DNA from: a virus
Lineage: Duplodnaviria > Caudoviricetes
Length of the DNA: 57,285 nt
IMG/VR virus record: IMGVR_UViG_3300049144_000011
Location: 1-57,285 of that record
Reading direction: 5' to 3' (one strand)
Positions 17,681 through 26,548 of the stretch are shown one piece after another. The notes below the pieces were generated by a model. The model saw nothing but the letters and a program-made list of their open reading frames with translations, was not told the origin of the DNA and did no database searches. Position 1 is the first letter of the stretch; every line of letters starts with the position of its first letter. The position numbers and the translations under genes are program-made.

Positions 17681-18218
17681 GACGCTGAACCTCTCGGGTC
17701 ACGTACCAGAGAGCCTTCTGAAGGTCCTCAAGCTCCTTCTCAGGAGCACCCTTCTTGCCGGCCCGGGACAGGTACTTGACCGCGTTACCGCGGTTGAAGT
17801 TGAGGTGCTCCGTGATGTCGATGACCTCTGCGCCGTTGGACCAGCCATCGGCGTAGTGCGAGGGATGGTTGATCAGGTCGCCCGAAGTCGTCTCACCTCG
17901 CCCCTCGTCAGGTCTCGTTTCAACTTTGGAGGCCAAAAATATAGACCCAGAAGCCTTTGACATGTCGAGAGTAAGCTTCCCCGACTCTTCATCACCGAAG
18001 ACCTTGATTTCAGGCTTCGCGCTTAGAGCATCGTAGATGTGCTCGAACTCCAGCTCGTCTTCCTTGAAGAGGTTTCCTGTCGACTCAAGCTCAATCGGGA
18101 ACTCATACACATCCGAGTCCCTGATGTGATCAATCTTGCCTCGTGTACCAACCAAGTCAATTGCTTGATCCGAGACCCTCACGACCACCACACGGTCACC
18201 AATCTTGAACTTGCTCAT
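17661..18218 (-). CDS. DUF3310 (T7 gp1.7 nucleotide-kinase-like) domain protein
   Basis: INHPSHY; GNAVKYLSRAGKK; EDLQKALWY. Confidence 0.85.
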   Translation of the reverse strand: MSKFKIGDRVVVVRVSDQAIDLVGTRGKIDHIRDSDVYEFPIELESTGNLFKEDELEFEHIYDALSAKPEIKVFGDEESGKLTLDMSKASGSIFLASKVETRPDEGRGETTSGDLINHPSHYADGWSNGAEVIDITEHLNFNRGNAVKYLSRAGKKGAPEKELEDLQKALWYVTREVQRLGGSVD

Positions 18219-18385
18219 TCGTCCACCTTCCGAAGTTCGGTGTGCAGGAAGTACAAGGGAACCTTGACTTCGTCCTCGTCCAGGACCACATCAACGGAGG
18301 TGGGGTAAACCGCTACCACAACGCCAGCCTTCTCGTTCAGAGAATCATCAGTGTGAGTCTGAACCTTGTCACCAATCTCGAACAT
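18215..18385 (-). CDS. 56-aa KOW/SH3-like hypothetical protein
   Basis: MFEIGDKV...; coupled on both sides. Confidence 0.6.
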   Translation of the reverse strand: MFEIGDKVQTHTDDSLNEKAGVVVAVYPTSVDVVLDEDEVKVPLYFLHTELRKVDE

Positions 18386-19083
18386 CAGTCCTCCAGGCCA
18401 AGCAGTTGACGAATGAATCCGTCACCGTGATCGTGACGAAGTGAATCGGGATCCGAACCTTCAGGGAGTTCAATGGGAACTCCATTGGGGAGACGCTCGG
18501 CAAGCTTCTCCGTCATCTTCCGGCCAGCCTCGTCTCCGTCCCCGAGGATGAAGACCTTTTCGTAGCCAGCGAAGGCCCTGTCAAAGTGGTCCTTCCAGGC
18601 AGACACACCCTGGATGGCCGATGATGGAATACCTTCCATGTCGACAGCCCAGGAAGAGAACTCGCCTTCCGTGATGGCTACATATGGACTCGGAGTGATC
18701 AGGGCCTCGGTGTTGTAGAGCCTCGGGTGATCTCCTGGAAGAGACTGATACTTCCCGTGTCCGTCGTGCTGCTCCTTCTCTCCTGAAAGAAAGAAGTAGT
18801 CCCCGTGCGAGTCCTTGACGCACTCGTCCCTGATGCACCGAAACCTGACCGTGGCTACCTTGTGGGGCCCACCAGCCGGCCGAAGGTACGGGATGACGAG
18901 ATGCCCTCGGTACTTCTCATGTCCGGTCTTGGCCGAACCGACGTACCCGGGAAGATACTTGTCGGCGCCCTCGTCCAAACCGCGGGCGATCAGGTACTCC
19001 TCCGCTGGACTCCCCCGATACTGACTCTGGTAGAACTTCGCTGCTTCCACCGAACCGGGCTGCTGCCCATTCGACCGCTTCAC
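18385..19083 (-). CDS. DNA primase, TOPRIM part
   Basis: YLIARGL; LVIPY; ITEGE; GDGDEAG; DPDS. Confidence 0.9.
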   Translation of the reverse strand: MKRSNGQQPGSVEAAKFYQSQYRGSPAEEYLIARGLDEGADKYLPGYVGSAKTGHEKYRGHLVIPYLRPAGGPHKVATVRFRCIRDECVKDSHGDYFFLSGEKEQHDGHGKYQSLPGDHPRLYNTEALITPSPYVAITEGEFSSWAVDMEGIPSSAIQGVSAWKDHFDRAFAGYEKVFILGDGDEAGRKMTEKLAERLPNGVPIELPEGSDPDSLRHDHGDGFIRQLLGLED

Positions 19084-19324
19084 GGAAGCCGATCCCCTCC
19101 TCTCGCATGATGACTGAGAAACTGTCTTCCGATATATCGCACGCGTGGCAGTGCCAGCGGTTCATCTCTGTGTTGACTGAAGCGCTAGGTCTCGTTTCTA
19201 CATGGATAGGACAAAAGATCTTCATCCACCATTGAGACTCCGAGACCTCAACGCCGTAGTAATGATCGAGGACTTCAGCGATGGGAGGCTTAGGCGGAGG
19301 GGTCCTCGACCCGGACCAGTTCAC
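18917..19324 (-). CDS. DNA primase, CHC2 zinc-binding part
   Basis: CPIH.E.RPS...WHCHAC...FREAV. Confidence 0.85.
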   Translation of the reverse strand: MNWSGSRTPPPKPPIAEVLDHYYGVEVSESQWWMKIFCPIHVETRPSASVNTEMNRWHCHACDISEDSFSVIMREEGIGFREAVEWAAARFGGSSEVLPESVSGESSGGVPDRPRFGRGRRQVSSRVRRFGQDRT

Positions 19325-19445
19325 GCTTACCGTTCTCCTTCACCGTGTAGACCTCGACCGGAAAGATGTACTCGCGGTCAAGCTGCCTCATGAAGTGCGC
19401 GTTGCCCATGTACTCGCGGAAGTTCGAGATAACGTTGACGTCCAT
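19290..19445 (-). CDS. 51-aa hypothetical protein
   Basis: MDVNVISNFREY...; fills the gap and is coupled to the EndoVII stop. Confidence 0.5.
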   Translation of the reverse strand: MDVNVISNFREYMGNAHFMRQLDREYIFPVEVYTVKENGKRELVRVEDPSA

Positions 19446-19867
19446 CAGTCGATGTCCTTTCGGAAGTCCCTGTGAAGTCGCTCTCCAAGGTGTTGAAGAG
19501 CAGGAGGCAGTTCGAGGTACGCCGCAGCACGGCGGAGGGTTTCGGGGTTGTCCCGAGCTGCTGTCAGGAGTCGGCCGTTGCAGAGTCGGCAGAGAAGTCC
19601 GCGGGCACGACCCGTCTTGTGGCAGTGGTCGACGTTCAGTCGGTACTTCCGAGACTGACCACAGATGGCACAGACACCACCCTGAGCTTCAAGGAGTGCC
19701 TCGTACTCGCCATCAAGCAGGCCATAGACGTCCTGGACTCGGTTCGCGTGGGAAGCCTTGCTCCGCGACTTCTTCCGACAGTCGACACAGATCCGGCCCC
19801 GAGGAGTGAAGAACCGCAAGGACCGGTTCTTCAAGCACTTTGTGCAGGTCCGGGTCTTAGCGGACAC
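19445..19867 (-). CDS. Endonuclease VII (Holliday-junction resolvase)
   Basis: YGL...QGGVCAIC...VDHCH.TG..RGLLC..CN. Confidence 0.92.
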   Translation of the reverse strand: MSAKTRTCTKCLKNRSLRFFTPRGRICVDCRKKSRSKASHANRVQDVYGLLDGEYEALLEAQGGVCAICGQSRKYRLNVDHCHKTGRARGLLCRLCNGRLLTAARDNPETLRRAAAYLELPPALQHLGERLHRDFRKDID

Positions 19868-20156
19868 CGAGGTCTCGATTCAACTTTCGCTCCAAAAAAA
19901 GAGACTGGCTCTCGATGAACGTAGCCTGAAGGCGACCGAGGAAATCGACCAGCTTCATCTTCTGTCGGGAGTACTTACCCTGATCGAGGACCAGAGTCGC
20001 GTACCCGCCTTGCAGGTAGCGGAGGAGAACTTCACCGAGGACCTTGGTGTTCAGCCGGCGAGGGTTGGTGATCCGCAGGTAGATGACTGCTCCGTCTTCC
20101 GTGATGTCCCTCTGGAGACCGAACCCGTTGCTTTGGTTTCGCTTCGTTCCGTTCAT
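19857..20156 (-). CDS. Hypothetical protein
   Basis: RBS GGAG before ATG at 20156. Confidence 0.45.
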   Translation of the reverse strand: MNGTKRNQSNGFGLQRDITEDGAVIYLRITNPRRLNTKVLGEVLLRYLQGGYATLVLDQGKYSRQKMKLVDFLGRLQATFIESQSLFLERKLNRDLGVR

Positions 20157-20223
20157 AACTCCAGTATGAGTGTTCGAAGGTCTCGAATCAACCTTGTGGG
20201 GAAGTTGTGAAGGGTGTTCTAGA

Positions 20224-20547
20224 TCACTTCGCAACCGGAATCATATGCACCTCATACGCGATGCCGTGGTTCCCCTTCCCATCCTTGTAGACCCAGAAGG
20301 TCTCACCCTCGTCCGGGTACGGGCCAGACACGACCTCGTACTCCGTAGAGGAGTACTGGAACGTCACCTTCTGCCCCACCTCGAACTTGGGGACAAGAGT
20401 CAGGTAGCTCTCACCACCAGTGAAGTGAACGCCATCCGACCTTTCGACCAGGTACCGAGGTTCAAACCCCGTAAGCCCTTCAAAAGGACCATAGACAACT
20501 GTGCCCTCGCCCTGTATGTGCTTGACCTTGTCCCCGACCTTGAACAT
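20224..20547 (-). CDS. Hypothetical protein with two tandem KOW-like repeats
   Basis: FKVGDKV...GP / FEVGQKV...GP internal duplication. Confidence 0.7.
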   Translation of the reverse strand: MFKVGDKVKHIQGEGTVVYGPFEGLTGFEPRYLVERSDGVHFTGGESYLTLVPKFEVGQKVTFQYSSTEYEVVSGPYPDEGETFWVYKDGKGNHGIAYEVHMIPVAK

Positions 20548-20584
20548 GCCTGTCTCCTAACGGTGCGCAACGCGCAGTAGTGGA

Positions 20585-21415
20585 CTAGAAGTTGATCCCC
20601 ATGGAATCCGCCGCATCACGCAGGCGGAGGGTCTGACTGTCCAGCTCCAACCGGGCAAAGGTGGCCCCCGAGGCGTCCGCGAAGCCTTCCCGGTTCTTCA
20701 CAGGCGAGATGTTGAGGACCCGATTCATGCCAGCCTCGTCCGGCTCCCGATGGATGGTCAGGATCAGAGACGGCACGCGGCCGATCTTCCCCTTCACCCC
20801 ACTCAACGGGATGGGCTTGAGGCCATCGGAGTACTCGCCTGTGACGTGGTGGAGAGCCTGGACGTGAGCCTCAGTCTCCCGAGCCATGTCGTTGAGGTAC
20901 TCGCACATGCCCTCCAACCCGAAGGTGAACGACTCGGCATCGCCGGCACCGCCGTTGTCCACGTTGGTGATGTTGTCGACCACACAGAGATGGGGGTAAC
21001 AGCCGAAGACCTCGAAGTAGATCTCCAGGTCAGCTTCCATGTCAGCCGGCGTAGGCATGGCCTCGTAAGAGAACCGGATCCACCACTTGTCACCGAGGAC
21101 ACGTTCGTACTCGGTGAACCGGTCCTCCAGGAGGGACTTCTTGACATCCCGAACATCGTCACCAGTCAGGATGGACGTAGCTCGACTGAGCTGTGTAGCA
21201 GCGTTCGAGTCCGCGGACCAGTACATGACGGGCAGCGAGCCAGCCAGGGCCAGATTCAGGGACCAGAGAGACTTACCGGTGCCAGGGCCAGCAGCGACGA
21301 GGGACAGTTCCCCTCGCCTGAACTCGACGTCAAGCTTCTGAAGTGCCTTGGACGGGTTGGGGATTGGTTCACCTGCGGAACCCTTGATGCGCGCACTCTG
21401 AACGAGTGAGTACAT
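20585..21415 (-). CDS. DnaB/RecA-like helicase (P-loop)
   Basis: AGPGTGKS Walker A; VVDN Walker B; LHH; KNR. Confidence 0.88.
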   Translation of the reverse strand: MYSLVQSARIKGSAGEPIPNPSKALQKLDVEFRRGELSLVAAGPGTGKSLWSLNLALAGSLPVMYWSADSNAATQLSRATSILTGDDVRDVKKSLLEDRFTEYERVLGDKWWIRFSYEAMPTPADMEADLEIYFEVFGCYPHLCVVDNITNVDNGGAGDAESFTFGLEGMCEYLNDMARETEAHVQALHHVTGEYSDGLKPIPLSGVKGKIGRVPSLILTIHREPDEAGMNRVLNISPVKNREGFADASGATFARLELDSQTLRLRDAADSMGINF

Positions 21416-21493
21416 CCGTCTCCTTCCAGATACGACGAAGGGCCCCGAGGTGATGTCTCGGGGCCCTCGCCTGTAGTTGCTACTTTCGTGCAG

Positions 21494-21646
21494 TCACCAG
21501 GATTCCAATGCGCTCTTTCGCACTCGAACCTTTGTCAACTGCGCATCTAGGAACTCGTCTTCGTTGTCCGACATCTGAAGCTCGAAGTCATCGACCTCAA
21601 CCACCAGGTAGACGTCTTCGTTTAGGTGCACTAGTCGTTCAGCCAC
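21494..21646 (-). CDS. Small acidic hypothetical protein
   Basis: RBS GAGAGGG before GTG. Confidence 0.45.
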   Translation of the reverse strand: MAERLVHLNEDVYLVVEVDDFELQMSDNEDEFLDAQLTKVRVRKSALESW

Positions 21647-21725
21647 TTCGATATTCCCTCTCTCGGCTGCAAGGAAGACCCTACACGACCACAGGTCTCG
21701 AATCAACCAACGAGGCAAGCGAAAG

Positions 21726-21887
21726 TCACTCCTCGGGAGACTGATCCTCAACCTTGATATCTCCCTGCACCCAGAGGAAGTAGTCCTGGTGCTTGTCTCC
21801 GTACATGAGGGCCTGCTTCACGTACCGCTCCGGGTCGTCAACCTCGTCCCCGTACGACAGGACACAGGTGAAGGTGTATCTCTTCAC
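21726..21887 (-). CDS. 53-aa hypothetical protein
   Basis: MKRYTFTCVLSYGD...; coupled. Confidence 0.55.
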   Translation of the reverse strand: MKRYTFTCVLSYGDEVDDPERYVKQALMYGDKHQDYFLWVQGDIKVEDQSPEE

Positions 21888-22330
21888 TACCCAACCCCCT
21901 TGAGGCGCTTCTCAACGCCAGAGAGCCACTTGCCGTAGTCCTCGATGACCTCTTCCCGGGGATACTGAACCTCCCAACCCTCAAGAGGCCCACCTTCAGC
22001 AAGAGCAGCAAGACGGGTCAGGTAACGCTCCCTCTGCTCCTGCCACTTGGTCACGTTGCCCTCAAGCTGTGTCGGGAGAGGACTGGCCGGCAGAGCGTCA
22101 ACAACCACCATCCGGTCTGCGTCCAGGTGCACACGTCCCTTGGTACCACTGCTGTAGGACCGACGAACGACTTGCACCCACACACGACCAGAGGGAGTCA
22201 GGGAGATGTCTCCGTCCTTCTCCTCAACAATGCCCTCCGCCATGGCGATTGATCGCCCTACACCGAAGCCATAGACCACCGAGGCACCAGGCTTGAGCGG
22301 AACGCCTCGGGCGTCAACCAGCTGGCTCAC
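21887..22330 (-). CDS. Hypothetical protein
   Basis: DARG..LKPG..VVY motif; coupled. Confidence 0.7.
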   Translation of the reverse strand: MSQLVDARGVPLKPGASVVYGFGVGRSIAMAEGIVEEKDGDISLTPSGRVWVQVVRRSYSSGTKGRVHLDADRMVVVDALPASPLPTQLEGNVTKWQEQRERYLTRLAALAEGGPLEGWEVQYPREEVIEDYGKWLSGVEKRLKGVG

Positions 22331-22587
22331 TCGGACTCCTCTACTACTTCACGCATCCACACAACTTCCGCGGACTCGATGTGGCCCTCAACGTTGAAGG
22401 CGTATTGGGGATCGCGGTACCGGTTCCGAGAGTTCTTGGCCTGACCCTCCCAATAGGTGATCCGACCCTTGGCAGGAGAAGGTGTGTCGTACGGGCCGTA
22501 CGTGTAGGTGTGGACGGGACCTGTGTCCAGTGTTTGGACAACCACAGCCCGGTAGATACGCCCATCATTGGCGTGGTTACGCGCCAT
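22327..22587 (-). CDS. Hypothetical protein
   Basis: YRAVV...YGPY...AKGRIT; coupled. Confidence 0.7.
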   Translation of the reverse strand: MARNHANDGRIYRAVVVQTLDTGPVHTYTYGPYDTPSPAKGRITYWEGQAKNSRNRYRDPQYAFNVEGHIESAEVVWMREVVEESE

Positions 22588-22822
22588 TAGCTAGCCCCTT
22601 GTCCTTGATCGTCAGATATGCATCCAACAGACCATCTCCGTAGCCGCCAACCTCAAATTCTGGATGGTCGTAGACCAGGCCGGCAAGGTCGTTTGAGTGC
22701 TCCTTCAGGGCCTCGTCAACCAGCCGCTCCGCTTCCTTGCGGATAACGTCCAGCCGGCCAACTCGGGTAACGGCAAGGGAGTTCGTGAGAGTCGAGACCA
22801 GAACTTCCTTGGCGCTACCCAT
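22577..22822 (-). CDS. Hypothetical protein
   Basis: RBS GGAGG; coupled. Confidence 0.6.
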   Translation of the reverse strand: MGSAKEVLVSTLTNSLAVTRVGRLDVIRKEAERLVDEALKEHSNDLAGLVYDHPEFEVGGYGDGLLDAYLTIKDKGLANGA

Positions 22823-23057
22823 TCGAGACCTCCGGGTCAATGAAATCTGCGGCTGCGTTGCAGTCGCTCATGTGGTCATCGGTGAAGTCTCTGAGTTCCT
22901 TCGAATTGCGGATCTTCTCCGCAAGCTTGTGTGCGTGCTCGTCCAGGAGCTGAGTCACAATCTCATCGAGAGTGATCGTGGAGTCTGGCCACAGGTCGTC
23001 AATGATGAAGTCCTGCGTGTTCTCAACGATGCGCAACAGCTTGTCGTGCAAGCTCAC
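22815..23057 (-). CDS. Hypothetical protein
   Basis: RBS AGGAG; AHKLAEKIR...AADFIDP motif. Confidence 0.65.
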   Translation of the reverse strand: MSLHDKLLRIVENTQDFIIDDLWPDSTITLDEIVTQLLDEHAHKLAEKIRNSKELRDFTDDHMSDCNAAADFIDPEVSNG

Positions 23058-23185
23058 TTCAACTCCTAGACGTGTAGGGAGATGCAACGCTAGGTCTCAT
23101 TTCAACTTAGGAGGCCGAGGGAAGGGGCCCTGACTTCGGGCCCCTGCTCCCTCTACTTCCAGTATGGCAGATCAGCGGTCTCGTT

Positions 23186-24055
23186 TCAACTGCGAGACCG
23201 AGAAAAAGAGCAAGCGTGCGACACGTCACAGAAGTTGCAGTGGAAGTCTGGCCTGGCCTCGAAGCGGCCGGCCTTCACGCCCTGGTCCATCGCAACGTAC
23301 CGAGCTGCTACCTGATCCTCGGTCACCTCAGAGAGGTCCACCGGCTTGGAGAGGTTCCCAGTCTTACCCAGATACCAGTCACCCCTGTTGACGGTTAGGC
23401 CGAACTGCTTCTCTACGGCAACCTTGTACGTCTCAAGCTGGAACCGGCTCTTGGTCGAACCAGTCTTGAGGTCCCTGACCCGTACAGTGCCGTCAGGCCC
23501 CATGACGACCTGATCCGGCATCCACTCTTCCCGGACAAGCTGGTCAATGTAGCCACGTACAAGCACGCCTCCGAGGTCCACCTTGAAGTACAACTCCAGG
23601 CCCACAGTGGGGTTGATCGGAGCCTCAGAGATGTCAGCCCCGTTCCAACCCTCACTGTCCGCCCAGATCTCAGGTTGGTTCTCGTTGGACCACTCCACGT
23701 ATCGAGCAACCTGCTTCTGACCCAGGGCGTAACGCTCCTCGATGTCCTGGCCAGCCGGCTTCTTACTGCCCGTCAACCACCGGTCAAGGTTGGGCTCCTT
23801 GTCCAGGGCCTTGTTCACAAGAGCGCTGTACTGGTCGGAGAAGAGCTGAACCGCCTCCTCCTCCCCCATGGTCCGACCGGACTTCTCCAGGGCCTCAGCA
23901 GCACTGTGGAAGGCCGTCCCCTGGAACGACCATGCGGCCGGCCGAGGTGTCACCCGCTCCACCCGCTGAAGCCAGAACTGCCAGCCACACTTCTCGTACT
24001 GCTCGGTCTGGCTCACCGACCGCGGTTGCGTCTCAATCTTCCTTGCAAACGACAC
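23186..24055 (-). CDS. Cas4/RecB-like PD-(D/E)XK exonuclease
   Basis: SVSQ...C; GTAFH; GYID; DLKTG; QL.TY; CNFC...C. Confidence 0.9.
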   Translation of the reverse strand: MSFARKIETQPRSVSQTEQYEKCGWQFWLQRVERVTPRPAAWSFQGTAFHSAAEALEKSGRTMGEEEAVQLFSDQYSALVNKALDKEPNLDRWLTGSKKPAGQDIEERYALGQKQVARYVEWSNENQPEIWADSEGWNGADISEAPINPTVGLELYFKVDLGGVLVRGYIDQLVREEWMPDQVVMGPDGTVRVRDLKTGSTKSRFQLETYKVAVEKQFGLTVNRGDWYLGKTGNLSKPVDLSEVTEDQVAARYVAMDQGVKAGRFEARPDFHCNFCDVSHACSFSRSRS

Positions 24056-24127
24056 TTGACCTCCTGATTTTGGTCATGAAAAAGGGCCATGCCGCTTCCT
24101 GACATGGCCTCGGCTGCTGACGAGGGT

Positions 24128-24460
24128 TCAGCCCCCGTACACCGTAACCAGATAGAACGAGCTACTCCCTGGGAAATCCGGGTGCGGTGTCTCGTAGTGC
24201 TCCCGTTCAACAACGCAATCCCTCAGACTCTTCCCCAACTCCCTCTCTAGGGCGTCGAGTTCGTCTCTGTCGTCTTCGGAGAAGTCATTCGTTATGACGA
24301 TCATGAAGTAGCGTCCGAACGGGACTCCTACAACCTCCGTCACCCAGAGGGCGGACGTCTCTACCCACGTAGAGGTCTTGTCAACACTGCCCCCGTAGAT
24401 CATCTCCAGTGCGCCTTCATCAGCCGCTCGGGCTTCTTGCGACGTGACCAGCCGAAGCAC
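24128..24460 (-). CDS. Hypothetical protein
   Basis: RBS GAGG before GTG. Confidence 0.6.
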   Translation of the reverse strand: MLRLVTSQEARAADEGALEMIYGGSVDKTSTWVETSALWVTEVVGVPFGRYFMIVITNDFSEDDRDELDALERELGKSLRDCVVEREHYETPHPDFPGSSSFYLVTVYGG

Positions 24461-24612
24461 GGCACCTCATCCCCTGGTAGAACGGGTGAACCACAGGGCG
24501 GCTCATCCCCCACATGAAACATACACACACTCTTCACTCGCTAGGTCTCTAATCAACGTGACCATGGACACACCATGGTACGTACAACCATTAGGGTGCC
24601 CTGAGTGAAAAC

Positions 24613-24638
24613 AAAAGACCCCCTGGTCACAGGGGGTC
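24613..24638 (-). terminator. Terminator after the repressor
   Basis: AGACCCCCTG-TGAC-CAGGGGGTCT then TTT on the minus strand. Confidence 0.75.
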
Positions 24639-24646
24639 TCATGCGA

Positions 24647-25159
24647 TCACTCGGACTCCGCAGGTGGCTCTGGTGGTAGCTCCAGGGCCTTCCTGAACCT
24701 CTCATCCGGGAACGGGATGCTCTCTGGCCAGTCGATCACCAGACGACCATCCTCAGGTGTCCTAGGCCGGTAGTACCAACCATCCGACCTGTCTGGGTCG
24801 TAGCAGAGGACTTCATTACTCGACCTCATCCGCCGTTCCCACTGATCCGCCATGACGCGTTGCTTCATACTCAGCGTCTCATCTCCTAGCTGCCGGCGGA
24901 GCCACACCTTCAGAGCCTTGGCCGAGTAGCGGTTGTGGTGACTGTCGTTTCCTTGCGTGGCCCGGATCTCCCACCGGTACCTAAGGTAGTCGTTCACCTG
25001 CTGGTTGGGTTTCGTCCGGCGCTGCATCCCCATGGCGACCAGCCGCTTATTCACCGCCTGAACTGTGATGTCGTACATCTCGGCAATCTCTTTGTCTGTC
25101 TTGCCGAGCTTTACCAGCTTCACCAGCACTTGGTCTGTCAAACCGGTATTGATGGGCAT
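24647..25159 (-). CDS. Immunity repressor, L5 gp71-like
   Basis: N-terminal HTH GKTDKEIAEMYDITVQAV; C-terminal W...VLCYDP...GWYYRPR..ED..LVI pattern aligns by eye with the cluster-A repressor; flanked by the repeated 14-bp sites. Confidence 0.85.
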   Translation of the reverse strand: MPINTGLTDQVLVKLVKLGKTDKEIAEMYDITVQAVNKRLVAMGMQRRTKPNQQVNDYLRYRWEIRATQGNDSHHNRYSAKALKVWLRRQLGDETLSMKQRVMADQWERRMRSSNEVLCYDPDRSDGWYYRPRTPEDGRLVIDWPESIPFPDERFRKALELPPEPPAESE

Positions 25160-25495
25160 GTCATGTCCTTTGTTGAGGGGGGTACATGAGCGGCCCTTCC
25201 CCCGACGAGCCGGCTGGCCCTTCGGTAGGCCCACCTTAGTCAAGAACGAGATTGGCTGTCTCTCGTTTCAACATGTGACGTAGGTCTCACTTCAATGCGG
25301 AGTATTGCATTCCAATCAAGTGATTGCTTCACGGTCAGGCGTCCCTCTGGGGGTCTCGAAGCAACGCCTTCGACCAAGAGCCCGGCGAGACCTTGTGAGG
25401 CCAGCACGGGGGCACACAGGTGCCTTCCTGGGCACAGTAAGCCCAACCGTTAAGCTCTGGCCAACGGAGATGATCCGATCAAGCCACTTCAGGAC

Positions 25496-25562
25496 GTGAT
25501 CTAGGTCTCACCTGGGCATCAGCTGTCACAGACCCCACCTCAGTGACACCGACATCTATAGT
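25496..25562 (+). promoter_or_regulatory. Putative late promoter element; paralogous copy at 190-256
   Basis: GTGATCTAGG...CTGTCRCARAC...AGTGACACCGACATCTATA ending in a TATAGT -10-like hexamer upstream of the virion operon. Confidence 0.5.
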
Positions 25563-25857
25563 GAGAGAGTAAAGAAAAGTACTTAGAAAGTACTTCCTTC
25601 CTGAAGAAGGAAGTTGACACGAGACCTTGGCTCGTGTAGACTAGAACTAAGAGAGTAGTTAAAAGGAGTCTCCTTAAAGAGACTCCTTGAAAAAGTTTCC
25701 CTTCTGTTTGATCTCCCTGTTGAGTAAGTAGCCGAACCTTTGAAGGTTCGGCGTACTGGTTTCCAGGTTAAGTTGAAACGAGATCCAGGAGGGTGGTTGG
25801 CCCCGGCTGCTAGATAAGAACCCAGCCGGGGCCGAAGACTTTGGAGGTGACCCACGC

Positions 25858-26175
25858 ATGCCAAGGGCAAACTCAATCTGCTTGGCCAAGGGATGCACCT
25901 CCAAGACCATCCGGGATGGTCGGTGTCGAGAACACCAGACCCGGAGACCTTGGCAGAACACCTCTGCCAGGAACCAGAGTCGTCCAGGGAACTGGTCATC
26001 GATCAGAGCCCAGGTCCTCGCCAGGGACCGGTTCACCTGCCAACGCTGCGGAGCGAGATCCGAGCTGGAGGTTGACCACCTGGTCTCAGTGGCCAAGGGC
26101 GGTTCTTGGGAGCTGGACAACCTCTGGACGCTATGTGCTCCCTGCCACAAGGCCAAGACGAGGAAGTTCGGCTGA
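25858..26175 (+). CDS. HNH endonuclease (terminase-associated)
   Basis: RD...CQRC...VDHL....GGS..LDNL.TLC.PCH..KT. Confidence 0.92.
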   Translation: MPRANSICLAKGCTSKTIRDGRCREHQTRRPWQNTSARNQSRPGNWSSIRAQVLARDRFTCQRCGARSELEVDHLVSVAKGGSWELDNLWTLCAPCHKAKTRKFG

Positions 26176-26248
26176 ACAGTAGACCGCGGTTCACAACCTC
26201 TGCACGTGGGTCTCGTCCAGTGCACGTTTTCAGTCTGGCCGTGGTCGG

Positions 26249-26322
26249 CCCTCGGTAGCTCAGTTGGTCAGAGCGCCGCCCTCATAAGGCGGAGGTCGCT
26301 GGTTCAAGTCCAGCCTGCGGGA
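26249..26322 (+). tRNA. tRNA with CAT anticodon (elongator Met or Ile2)
   Basis: D-arm GCTC/GAGC; anticodon stem CCGCC/GGCGG with loop CTCATAA; T-arm GCTGG-TTCAAGT-CCAGC; one acceptor-stem mismatch; no encoded CCA. Confidence 0.85.
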
Positions 26323-26439
26323 CCGTGGTTGCTCGCCGGCAGCGAAGGGGCGCAAGCCTGCTACTGCCGGAAGGTGGACCACACAAGAGCCCTAACAACG
26401 AAGTGGTGGTCCTGAGGACCTGTCCTTGTTGGGGCCGCT

Positions 26440-26519
26440 TCCTTGGTAGCTCAACGGCAGAGCGCCCCTACCCGGGTCTTGTAACGGGGAGGTTGCGGGT
26501 TCGAATCCCGCCCAAGGAA
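26440..26519 (+). tRNA. tRNA-like gene (Thr-TGT-like) with enlarged anticodon arm
   Basis: Perfect acceptor stem TCCTTGG/CCAAGGA; D and T arms intact; ~8 extra nt 5' of the CTTGTAA loop. Confidence 0.6.
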
Positions 26520-26548
26520 CAACTTCATTCATTCAACGGGGGGTTGAT

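Larger units (their letters stand above)
11960..25296 (-). promoter_or_regulatory. Twelve stoperator-like 14-bp sites in the leftward replication/repressor arm
   Basis: GGTCTCGTTTCAAC or 1-3 mismatch variants on the + strand at 11960, 12610, 17911, 19188, 19871, 20179, 21694, 23093, 23177, 24544, 25259, 25283. Confidence 0.8.

Noticed and set aside
5650-24460. Hypermodified-base pathway (Z-genome, 7-deazaguanine)
   Set aside because: No purZ, dpdA/que or glycosyltransferase genes recognised; only standard nucleotide-supply enzymes and one MTase
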